Positions 55,903 through 64,000 of a DNA stretch of 64,000 nt are shown piece by piece. Position 1 is the first letter of the stretch. The number at the start of each line of letters is the position of its first letter. Origin of the DNA: Planctomycetota bacterium. GTDB lineage: Bacteria; Planctomycetota; JAJSAM01; JAJVHW01. Under the pieces are notes generated by a model. That model saw only the letters and a list, made by a program, of their open reading frames with translations, was not told the origin of the DNA and did not search any database. The position numbers and the translations under genes are program-made. The stretch is from NCBI GenBank assembly GCA_965248445.1, contig CBDFJG010000003.1, forward strand, positions 1,344,001 through 1,408,000, read 5' to 3'.

Positions 55903-57069
55903 TCATCCTGATCGCAACGCCTGCGCCACGGGTACCGACAGGCAGCGTATGGCGGGCGGCAGTGCACCGAACACGCCGACCAGTATCCCGGCGACGAGGC
56001 CCGTGAGGACCACACCGCCGTCGATCGAGAGCCCGAAGGCGCCCATCGAGATCTTCACCGCCAGACCGTCCAGGAGAGCGAATCCAGTGAGCGTCGCGAG
56101 AAGTGCTCCGATCACCGACCCGAGCACGGACTCCTGCACGAGCGAGATCACGATCGCCAGGCGCGAGTACCCCACCGCCTGGAGCGTCGCGAGTTCGCGG
56201 ATGCGCGCAGAGAACGCGGCGTAGAGCGTGTTCAGCCCGCCGAGCAGAGCGCCGTCCGCGACGAGGAACGCGGTAACCCAGACCATCCAGCGCACCGGCG
56301 CGTAGAACGCGAAAAGGTCGTCGTAGTACTCCTGCTCGGGGATCGCGACCAGTTCGAGGTCGAGACGCTGCTTGGTGAAGAGATCGGCATCCTCGAAGCC
56401 TTCCGCCGTGTCCATGGTCAGCACGACGGACGAGAGGTGGTCCCGCTTCGTCGTCACGCGCAAGTCCTCGAGGCCGACCCACAACTCCGCCTCCATGACC
56501 GTGCTGGGCGCCTCGAACGTGCCGACCACCGTGAAGTCGCGATCGTCGAGACGGATGACCGCGCCGGGACGCAAGTCGTCCGGGTCCACACCCAGCCGGG
56601 CGGACGCGAGTCGGCCGGCGACGATCTCGTCGGGGCCCGGCGTGCGTCCCTCGATCAGCCGGAACTCCGGATGCACAAGATAGGCGGCGTCGCGCACGCC
56701 GCGGAACGTCGCGAACACCGTACGGGTCTCCTTGCCCTTCAGTTCGGCCACGGTCGCGAAGACGATCTCCGGCGACACATAGCGCACGCCGAAGCGTTCA
56801 CGGATGCCCGGGATCGAAGCCGATGCGATCCCCGGCGCGGCGCTCGAGATCTCGCTTCGTTCGAGACTCTCCTCGCTGCCCGCTCCGAGCAGCACGACGT
56901 TCGTGCCGACCGCCCGCGCACCGAGGCTCTCGCGCATCCCGTGGACGAAGGCGGCAGCTGCAACGATCAGCAGCACCACCAGGAACGTGCCGAACACCGT
57001 CAGCGCGAAGCGCCACGGCGCGCGTGCGGCGTTGCGCACGGCGTAGTCCCAGGGGATGAGCTTCGGCAT
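55903..57069 (-). CDS. ABC transporter permease (FtsX/MacB-like)
   Basis: YAVRN, NTLYAAFSARIRELATLQAVGYS. Confidence 0.9.
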   Translation of the reverse strand: MPKLIPWDYAVRNAARAPWRFALTVFGTFLVVLLIVAAAAFVHGMRESLGARAVGTNVVLLGAGSEESLERSEISSAAPGIASASIPGIRERFGVRYVSPEIVFATVAELKGKETRTVFATFRGVRDAAYLVHPEFRLIEGRTPGPDEIVAGRLASARLGVDPDDLRPGAVIRLDDRDFTVVGTFEAPSTVMEAELWVGLEDLRVTTKRDHLSSVVLTMDTAEGFEDADLFTKQRLDLELVAIPEQEYYDDLFAFYAPVRWMVWVTAFLVADGALLGGLNTLYAAFSARIRELATLQAVGYSRLAIVISLVQESVLGSVIGALLATLTGFALLDGLAVKISMGAFGLSIDGGVVLTGLVAGILVGVFGALPPAIRCLSVPVAQALRSG

Positions 57070-58220
57070 CAGACCGCCCGGAAGGACTCCGCGATGGAGA
57101 TCCGCGACGCGCGCACGGCCGGAATGACACCGGCCAGCATGCCGAGTCCGGCCGCGACGCCGATCGCGAACAGCACGCCGATCGGACGGGCCTCGGCGGC
57201 GATCGAGAGTCCCTCGTTGGAGAGGCTGAAGTCGTTGAAGGCGAGCAAACCGGCAGCCATGCCGGCGCCCAACACACCTCCCAGCAATCCGAGGAGCAGA
57301 CCCTCGGCGACGATCATCCGCCCCACCAGGCCACTCGTGTACCCGAGGGTCTGCAACACGGCGATGTCGCGCACTCGATCATGCACCGACAGCACGATCG
57401 AGTTGGCGACAAGCGCGAGGACGGCCAGCACACAGCTCAACGCAATCCATTTCGTGAATCCGAGCAGCTCGACCGCCTCGGACGCCGCCCGGGCCACGAA
57501 CGCCTTCTCGGGGCTCGTGTGCGTCGGCTCCTGCGCGTGCTCGAACTCCGCATCGATGGCCGCGGAGACCGTCTCGGCTTCGGTCGGGTCATCGATGTTG
57601 ACGTTGAACTGCGTGACGATCCCGTCGCCGGACGAGCCCGGTGCGCGCTGGATGAACTCGAGGTCGACGTAGGCGACGTTGACGTCTTGCGGCTCGTCCG
57701 AGTCGAAGATCCCGGCGACGGTGACCGTGACGCCGTTGGCGTCGAAGCGCTGCCCCACCTTGAAGCCGCGGCGTTCCGCGAGCGTGCGTCCGACGATCGC
57801 CGCGTCGCTGCGGCGCAGCCACGCCTCGAACGAGCCGTCGACGAACGAGAGCCGCTCGCCCTCGGTCGCCGCGAACCGTGCAGGTCGCACTCCGCGGAAC
57901 GTCACGACATCGAGACTCGCGCGGCAGTTGCTGACGAGGATCTTCATCGGCGTGACGCTGCGGACGCCCGGCACCTTGCGGATGCGGGCCTCGTAGTCCT
58001 CGGGCAGCTGGCTGGTGAACGGGCAGAAGCGGTTCTCGCGATAGACGACCAGCGTCGTGTCCTCCGCCGACTTGCCCGTCGCCTCCTCGACGCCGCGCTG
58101 GAGCGAGTCCACGAGCGTCAGCAGCAGCATCGCGGACGCGATGCCACCGACAGTGAGCAGCGTGCGGATCCGCTGCCTGCGGATCGTCTTGCCCACCAGC
58201 GAGAGAAATCTCCACCTCAT
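57069..58220 (-). CDS. ABC transporter permease (FtsX/MacB-like)
   Basis: RTLLTVGGIA; ANSIVLSVHDRVRDIAVLQTLGY. Confidence 0.9.
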   Translation of the reverse strand: MRWRFLSLVGKTIRRQRIRTLLTVGGIASAMLLLTLVDSLQRGVEEATGKSAEDTTLVVYRENRFCPFTSQLPEDYEARIRKVPGVRSVTPMKILVSNCRASLDVVTFRGVRPARFAATEGERLSFVDGSFEAWLRRSDAAIVGRTLAERRGFKVGQRFDANGVTVTVAGIFDSDEPQDVNVAYVDLEFIQRAPGSSGDGIVTQFNVNIDDPTEAETVSAAIDAEFEHAQEPTHTSPEKAFVARAASEAVELLGFTKWIALSCVLAVLALVANSIVLSVHDRVRDIAVLQTLGYTSGLVGRMIVAEGLLLGLLGGVLGAGMAAGLLAFNDFSLSNEGLSIAAEARPIGVLFAIGVAAGLGMLAGVIPAVRASRISIAESFRAV

Positions 58221-58915
58221 GATGCGTCCGTCACAGCAGCCGCCGGTTCGATGAGGCGTCCCTTGCGCAGGTGCACGACGCGCTCGGCACGTTCCGCCGC
58301 GCGCGGGTCGTGCGTCACCATGATGAAGGTCTTCCCGAGCTGCGTGTGCAACTCGCCGAGCAGGTCGAGAATCGCGTTCGCCGAGTCTTCGTCGAGGTCC
58401 CCTGTCGGCTCGTCGGCCACGACGATCGGAGGGTCGACGACGATCGCCCGCGCGATCGCAACGCGCTGCTCCTGACCGCCCGAGAGCTGGCGCGGAAAGT
58501 GGTCCGCGCGATCGGTCAGCCCGACCAGTTCGAGAGCCAGCGACACGCGCCGGTGGCGCTCCGTACGCGATCCCTCGTGCAGGAGCAGCGGCAACTCGAC
58601 GTTCTCGTAGGCCGTGAGTGTGGGGATCAGGTTGTAGAGCTGGAAGATGTAGCCGATGTTGTGCGAGCGCCAGCGGGCCAGCGCGTCGCGCCCGAGACTC
58701 GTGATGTCCACGCCGTTCACTTCTAGAGAACCGGCGGTCGGCGAGTCGATGCCCGCGATCAGGTTGAGCAGCGTCGACTTCCCGCTGCCCGACGGGCCCA
58801 TCAGCGCGACGTACTCGCCCTCGGCGACGTCGAGGTCCAGTTCATCGAGCGGCTTGATGACCTCAGAGCCCTTCGTGTACGTGCGGGTCAGGCCGCGGCA
58901 TCGGATCAGAGCCAC
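58217..58915 (-). CDS. ABC transporter ATP-binding protein
   Basis: GPSGSGKST, LSGGQEQRVAIARA, DEPTGDLD. Confidence 0.94.
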   Translation of the reverse strand: MALIRCRGLTRTYTKGSEVIKPLDELDLDVAEGEYVALMGPSGSGKSTLLNLIAGIDSPTAGSLEVNGVDITSLGRDALARWRSHNIGYIFQLYNLIPTLTAYENVELPLLLHEGSRTERHRRVSLALELVGLTDRADHFPRQLSGGQEQRVAIARAIVVDPPIVVADEPTGDLDEDSANAILDLLGELHTQLGKTFIMVTHDPRAAERAERVVHLRKGRLIEPAAAVTDAS

Positions 58916-60468
58916 TGTGTCACTCCCGACTCACCCGTGACGTGAACGCGGTCGCCGTCGTCGAGCGTCACGTTCCGCGCGTCGATCACCGCGTCGCCCG
59001 GAGCCAGCCCCGTCAGGACCTGCGCCCAGCCGTCGCGCAGCGCGGAACTGACGGTCACCACGCGGCGCTCCGCAGTCGAGTTGCCCTCGTCGACGACGAA
59101 CACCGCCGCGCTGTCGCCGACGCGGTCGAACAAGAGCGCCGCGGGCACGTACACGGAGACCCCGCGCGAGGGCGTCGCGCTCCCGCCAGTCGATGCAACG
59201 GAGCCGAGGAAGCGCACGCGCGCGAGCATCTCGGGCTTCAGGTCGTCGGTCGGATCCTCGATCGCGACCTTCACCTGGATCGTGTTCTTCTGCACGTCCG
59301 CCTCGCGCACGATGCGCGTGACCGCGCCCTGGAACACCTGGTCGGGCAGGACTTCGACGATGACCTCGGCGCGCTGACCGACGCCCACGCCCGCGGCATC
59401 CGCGAGCGGCACGTCCACGCGCACCTGCAGCTTGGCCGGGTCGTAGAGATGGATCACGTGCGCGGAGTGCATCGAGTCCATCGCCATCATGACCTTCGCC
59501 CCGGGGGCCACGAGCCGGATCATCACGGCGCCGTCCTGCGGCGCGCGGATGACCATGCGGTCGAGACGGAGCTTTGCCTCGTCCCGCGCAGCGGCAAGCC
59601 CCTCGCGCTGTGCGGTGGCCCTCTCGACGGCTGCCTTCGCGGCCTCGAGCCGGCGCTTCTCCTCGATGCGCAGCTCGAAGTCGCGCTTGGCCGCGTCCCG
59701 CCTGGCCCGCGCGCCGTCGAGTTCAGCAACGAGGACCGACTTGCGCGCCTCGGACGCGGCGAGCGTGGCTTCGGCGGTCGCAAGCTTCAGCCGCGTCTGG
59801 GAGACGTCGAACCCGCCAGTTGCGCCGCCCGCGTGCTCGCGCTCCGCGCGCTGCAGGTCGTCGCGCAATCGCGCAACCTCCGCGGCGTTCCCGGCGATCT
59901 TGCTCGCCAACTCGGCTTGATCGGAGACGACGCCGGCGACCTCAGCCTCGGTCTCGCGCACGGCGCGTTCCCGGGCGACGGGGTTGTCCCAGTCGCGCTG
60001 CGCGGCGTCGCGCTCGGCATTCGCAACGCCGACCGCAGCTGCCATCTCGGCGAGCTTCGCGTCCGCACGGCGAAGCGCGATCTCGGCGTCGTCGGGCACC
60101 AGGCGCGCCACGGCCTGACCCTCCTTCACGTGGTCGCCCTCGAGCACCAGCACGTCCCGAACGACTCCGTCGGCCAACGCGGCGACGTAGATCGGGAACG
60201 GATCCGGTTCGACCCAGCCGGCCGCCTGCGCGACGACCGCGCCGGCCGCTGCCACCGGTCCGCCGGGCTGGTCGCGCACGACGACCTGCACCACCTCGAC
60301 GTCGGTGCTCGGCAGGAGCGCGTCGCGGGCGGCGAAGAGCACGACACCGATGAACGCCGCAGCCAGCCCGAGCGGCAACACGACGCGCGTCCCGAAGCGA
60401 CGACGCGGCGGTGCGATCTCGACCGCAGCGCGATCGCGGCGCAGTCCAGAGACGTCGGTGGCGGTCAT
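58906..60468 (-). CDS. Efflux periplasmic adaptor (HlyD/MFP)
   Basis: TM anchor, GVVRDVLVLEGDHVKEGQ, long coiled coil, IRAPQDG, LKPEM; ATGA overlap. Confidence 0.9.
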   Translation of the reverse strand: MTATDVSGLRRDRAAVEIAPPRRRFGTRVVLPLGLAAAFIGVVLFAARDALLPSTDVEVVQVVVRDQPGGPVAAAGAVVAQAAGWVEPDPFPIYVAALADGVVRDVLVLEGDHVKEGQAVARLVPDDAEIALRRADAKLAEMAAAVGVANAERDAAQRDWDNPVARERAVRETEAEVAGVVSDQAELASKIAGNAAEVARLRDDLQRAEREHAGGATGGFDVSQTRLKLATAEATLAASEARKSVLVAELDGARARRDAAKRDFELRIEEKRRLEAAKAAVERATAQREGLAAARDEAKLRLDRMVIRAPQDGAVMIRLVAPGAKVMMAMDSMHSAHVIHLYDPAKLQVRVDVPLADAAGVGVGQRAEVIVEVLPDQVFQGAVTRIVREADVQKNTIQVKVAIEDPTDDLKPEMLARVRFLGSVASTGGSATPSRGVSVYVPAALLFDRVGDSAAVFVVDEGNSTAERRVVTVSSALRDGWAQVLTGLAPGDAVIDARNVTLDDGDRVHVTGESGVTQWL

Positions 60469-60821
60469 GACGCGATCCCGTTCGATAGCAGCGCGTGCAC
60501 GCGCTCGGGCACGGCAGGAGCGTAGAACACGAAGCGGCCGTCGCTGCGCGACGTGAGCAGTCCGACCGCCTTCAAACGCCGCAGGTGCTGCGACGCGGTC
60601 GAGACGGGGATCTGCAGTGTGTGGGCCACGTCGCAGACGCAGCACTCCTCGAGTGCGACGAGATGAAGGACCGCGAGCCGCCCGGGGTGCCCGACGGCCT
60701 TGAGCGCACTCGCCCGCGAGGTCAGGCAGCCCTCCTCGGGCAGGGACTCCCGCAGCTTCTCGACCTTCTCCTCATGGAAGCAGAGGGCCTGTTCACCGGG
60801 TGTGGGGCATCTTTCTCTCAT
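60465..60821 (-). CDS. ArsR/SmtB (CadC-like) metalloregulator
   Basis: KAVGHPGRLAVL, ECCVCDVAH, ASQHLRRLK, GRFVFY. Confidence 0.9.
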   Translation of the reverse strand: MRERCPTPGEQALCFHEEKVEKLRESLPEEGCLTSRASALKAVGHPGRLAVLHLVALEECCVCDVAHTLQIPVSTASQHLRRLKAVGLLTSRSDGRFVFYAPAVPERVHALLSNGIAS

Positions 60822-60930
60822 TACTGGAAACTATAGAACGAACGACGCAGGAGGGAAGTTCCCGTCCGAGTTTCCCCGGCGGGCGGGCGGCCCGGCCTCG
60901 GGCGTGGCAAACGTCTTGGTCAGAACGTCG

Positions 60931-61068
60931 AGACGCTGGCTCGCCGGTTCGGACAAGTACCGCGTCCGCCAGGGGGCCTACCGGATCGTCCACACGGTCC
61001 ATGGCGACGTGATCACGGTGACCATCGTGCGCGACCGGCACCGGCGAGACGTCTACCGGCGATCGTAG
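60931..61068 (+). pseudogene. relE: RelE-family toxin C-terminal fragment
   Basis: LAGSDKYRVRQGAYRIVHTVHGDVITVTIVRDRHRRDVYR; no recognisable N-terminal half. Confidence 0.7.
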
Positions 61069-61111
61069 CGCGATCGCGGGCCAGCCTACGTGGTACCGGT
61101 CCGCGCGGCTG

Positions 61112-62626
61112 TCAGCGGAACGGGAACGCGAGGATGTTGGTGGTCGGGCCGCCGAGGAAGACGCGGTCGTCGTAGACACCGTCGTGGCAGAACGTCACCC
61201 CGACTGCGCCGGGCTCCTTGCCGGCGAACACGGCCCCGTAGAGCCCCTCGTACTTCACGTGCACGTCGTCATTCACAATTGTCCCGTTCGCCCGGATGCG
61301 GCGGAAACGGACTTCGATGTCGTTGACGAAGACGACGATCGGCGCAATGAACTCCTCGCGGTCGGGACTCCACGCAATCGTGCCGGCAATGCCGAACGGG
61401 TGAGAACTCGTTCCCGAAAGGTCCACTGCCGCTGGCGGAGTGATGACGCCCAGTTCCGTCAAGGGAACGTACTGGGTGTTGGTCAAGTCGTCCTGCCGGA
61501 TGTACTCGAACGCGACGATCACCGTCCCGTTGGGTTGCGCGGCCAGGTAGGGGGGATAGACCGCCTTCCAGGTAGCGCTGGATGCCACTACGAGCGAGGG
61601 GTGGAGGAGGGAGAGCGCGTCGTCAACGACCATGACGCGGTATCCGAGGGCAAGACCTGACGGCGGTGCCGTTGCATAACCGATGACCAACGTGTCGTCG
61701 GCCTGACGCACGATCGCCGGCGCGTGGATGAAGGAGACGGTGTCCTCCAACAGCAGCCGAGGACTGCCGGGTGCCAGCGTCCCGTCCGGCTGAACCCGCG
61801 CCCCCCACAGCCGGGCGATGGAGTTGGCGGAGAGATCGTCCTCGTCCCACACGACGATGTAGCCGCCGTCCACGGGATCAGCGGCGACGTCGAGGCGTGA
61901 GATGCGCGCTGACGATGCGAGCGGTAGGTCCACGACGACATCGCTGAGGTCGTTCTCTCGGACAATGCGGAAGTATGCATCGTCAACGCTGGTCGTCGAG
62001 TTCACGCTCGCCAGACCCCACGTCTTGTCCTTCTCGTTCCACGCGACCGTGGGCGAGAAACGCACGGCGCCGCTTCCGATCGGAGGATCGTTGACGGTCT
62101 CCTCGGCGAGGTACGTTGCCCCGTCGAGGCGCACGAAGCGCGCCGCCTGCCCCGCCGCCGACGCGGTCGCTCCGATGGCGAGCACGACACCGCTGCCGTT
62201 GTCGGTCATCGCCGCATCCGCGACGTATGCAGCCGCGAACCCGCCTGACGAGTACGGGGTCGCGATGACCTCCGGGCCGGACTTCCCGAGCGCCTCGAAC
62301 ACCGCTTGCGACGTGGTCTCGCCCCCGTCGGGATCGCGCGCGGTGATCGAGTACGTCCCTGTCATGAACGGCGCGAGTTGAAGATCGACTTCGACACGAT
62401 CGTGCCTGAGACGCCGAACGGCGGTCGGGACGACGGCGGTCTGATCGGTGTCCCGCACGAACGTGAGCGTCGCGCTCGGATCGATCCCACCACCGGCAAG
62501 CGTGACCGTCAGCGGGACGTCGGGTCGAATGGGGTTCGGTGACACCGACCCCACGAACGGCAGACGATTGTCGAGATCGAGAACTCCTGCCAGCACGAAG
62601 TCGTTTCCCAGCGGCGAGACGTCCAT
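61112..62626 (-). CDS. C-terminal part of frameshifted secreted protein (TIG/Ig-like + propeller-like)
   Basis: PFVGSVSP...GTYSITARDPDG TIG-like; PTVAWN / YIVVWDE blades; no signal peptide. Confidence 0.6.
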   Translation of the reverse strand: MDVSPLGNDFVLAGVLDLDNRLPFVGSVSPNPIRPDVPLTVTLAGGGIDPSATLTFVRDTDQTAVVPTAVRRLRHDRVEVDLQLAPFMTGTYSITARDPDGGETTSQAVFEALGKSGPEVIATPYSSGGFAAAYVADAAMTDNGSGVVLAIGATASAAGQAARFVRLDGATYLAEETVNDPPIGSGAVRFSPTVAWNEKDKTWGLASVNSTTSVDDAYFRIVRENDLSDVVVDLPLASSARISRLDVAADPVDGGYIVVWDEDDLSANSIARLWGARVQPDGTLAPGSPRLLLEDTVSFIHAPAIVRQADDTLVIGYATAPPSGLALGYRVMVVDDALSLLHPSLVVASSATWKAVYPPYLAAQPNGTVIVAFEYIRQDDLTNTQYVPLTELGVITPPAAVDLSGTSSHPFGIAGTIAWSPDREEFIAPIVVFVNDIEVRFRRIRANGTIVNDDVHVKYEGLYGAVFAGKEPGAVGVTFCHDGVYDDRVFLGGPTTNILAFPFR

Positions 62627-63375
62627 TGAGTGATGTGTGGCGGGGCCTCGACGTTCTTGGCGACGACAACCCGTCGCTTCACTGACGGAGCCTTCAGCTT
62701 GACCGTGGCGCGGAACGTACCGGGGCCGCCGGAGACGCGCAGTTGGTACGTGTCGAGTTCATCGAGGAGATGCGGGCCGAGCTTCACCTTGCCGGCCTTG
62801 GTCTGCACGTTGCCGATGAGCAGTTCGCCGCGGGAGTTCCGCACCTCCACGTTCGCGATGAACGAGGGGTTGCCCCGCGACTTGACCTGCAGTGTCATGG
62901 CCGAACCGGGAAGGGCGCCGAACTCGAACACCTCAACCGTTCCCGCGTCGGCGAGCGCTCCGTCGAAGCGGTGACGCTTGGGCGACGATCCCTTGACGCT
63001 GACGACCGCATCGCCCAGTCCGTCGGCAGCTCCGACTGTCAACCGCCAGAGCCCGGTGTCATCGAACGACAGCTTCTTGATCGTCGCGGACTTCTTCGTC
63101 AGCTTGAGCGCCTTGCCGAGCACCACCGGGTCGCCACCCGGCGCGAGCAGCGAGAGCTCGGGCGACACGTCGCCGCCCTTGGCTCGTTTGGCCTTGATCG
63201 TGACGCGCTGACCGGCAACGCCGGCAATGCCCAGCGACGGCTCGACCGCGCCGCCCAGCGTCACGGTCACGCGGTCGCCGGGAAGGACGACCTGATCCAG
63301 CGTCTCACCGGCGAACACAGGCGCTGCCAGAAGGCAGATCGCTGTCGTCGCCGTCACCCTCCAAGGTCGGAGCAT
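62509..63375 (-). CDS. N-terminal part of frameshifted secreted protein (basic PPC-like modules)
   Basis: Signal peptide; AGQRVTIKAKRAKGGDVSPELSLLAPGG resembles 37576-39444 N-terminus; overlaps next ORF out of frame. Confidence 0.65.
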   Translation of the reverse strand: MLRPWRVTATTAICLLAAPVFAGETLDQVVLPGDRVTVTLGGAVEPSLGIAGVAGQRVTIKAKRAKGGDVSPELSLLAPGGDPVVLGKALKLTKKSATIKKLSFDDTGLWRLTVGAADGLGDAVVSVKGSSPKRHRFDGALADAGTVEVFEFGALPGSAMTLQVKSRGNPSFIANVEVRNSRGELLIGNVQTKAGKVKLGPHLLDELDTYQLRVSGGPGTFRATVKLKAPSVKRRVVVAKNVEAPPHITQWTSRRWETTSCWQEFSISTIVCRSWGRCHRTPFDPTSR

Positions 63376-63433
63376 AGAAGTCTCCTCGACGAGTGGACCA
63401 TCGTAGCGCCCCGACGCCCCTCGACGGCCGGTG

Positions 63434-63841
63434 TCACTCCCCTGGGGTTGACATTTCAGCCTCAGCGTGGAAGGCGAGCTTCTCGCAGTACCCTCGGACG
63501 CCCCAGGTGTCCCAGAACGGGCGGCCGCGCAGGGCGTCGGTGAAGCCCGTGATCGGGCCGCCGGCCGGTGCGACCAGAGTCGCGATCGGCCACAGGTTGC
63601 CGGGGTGGGCACCTACGAGCGGCGACACGATCGGATCGAGTAAGGGCACCAGGGTGTCGATGACGATGTTCGGCACCACGTTCACCGGGAACGCGAGCAG
63701 TGCCGCGGTGCACCCCCTTGTTTCGACGGCGCCGCACGTCACCCTGTACTCCGCACGCGAGTCCGGAGCCGGATCCGGCGGACAGTGCGTCGCGCAGCCA
63801 GCGACGACCAGAGTCGCGACGGCCGCGGCCGCGAGCCGCAT
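63434..63841 (-). CDS. Hypothetical lipoprotein
   Basis: Lipobox VAGC; TGATG overlap with upstream gene. Confidence 0.6.
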   Translation of the reverse strand: MRLAAAAVATLVVAGCATHCPPDPAPDSRAEYRVTCGAVETRGCTAALLAFPVNVVPNIVIDTLVPLLDPIVSPLVGAHPGNLWPIATLVAPAGGPITGFTDALRGRPFWDTWGVRGYCEKLAFHAEAEMSTPGE

Positions 63842-64000
63842 CAGGGCAGGAAACGCGGTCGCCAGTCGGCGATCGGGGGGAACGGGAAGAAGATCACGAA
63901 CGCGCGGCCGACCAGGTCGCGACGGCGCACGAACGGAGCCGGCACGTTGGTCTGCACGTCGGTTCCCTCGACCGGGACCTCACGCAGGACGCCCTCGACG
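63841..64000 (-). CDS. lepB: Signal peptidase I, 3' end (partial)
   Basis: PFVRRRDLVGRAFVIFFP matches the S26 C-terminal FV...lvGrA...fwP motif. Confidence 0.65.
   Translation of the reverse strand, partial: VEGVLREVPVEGTDVQTNVPAPFVRRRDLVGRAFVIFFPFPPIADWRPRFLP

Overview
High-GC bacterial chromosomal window; the gene content suggests a Planctomycetota-like organism (inference). The left two-thirds is mostly housekeeping and accessory genes: secreted beta-propeller/FG-GAP proteins, TPR proteins, recQ, futalosine-pathway mqnB/mqnD, ABC exporters, a solA-like oxidase, a molybdopterin oxidoreductase with a fused FeS-NrfD partner, guanine deaminase and aconitase. The region from 33 to 55 kb is rich in mobile elements. 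It holds an IS256 lacking its right end, an IS1380 cutting a teneurin-like gene, bL37 plus tRNA-Cys with an adjacent integrase/prophage remnant, three copies of an IS3-type element, and an IS66. The right end has an ArsR-led ABC efflux operon, a relE fragment, a frameshifted secreted protein and the 3' end of lepB. The most notable observations are: (1) the IS3-type element has TG..CA repeats set 7 nt inside its real ends and appears to insert without a target duplication, since both interrupted genes are restored in frame; (2) five secreted proteins share a Lys/Arg-rich N-terminal module ahead of unrelated passenger domains; (3) a teneurin-like gene stub; (4) a prophage RNAP alpha-CTD protein; (5) a ~185-nt rod-shaped RNA candidate. 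All family calls come from motif recognition by eye, not database searches.
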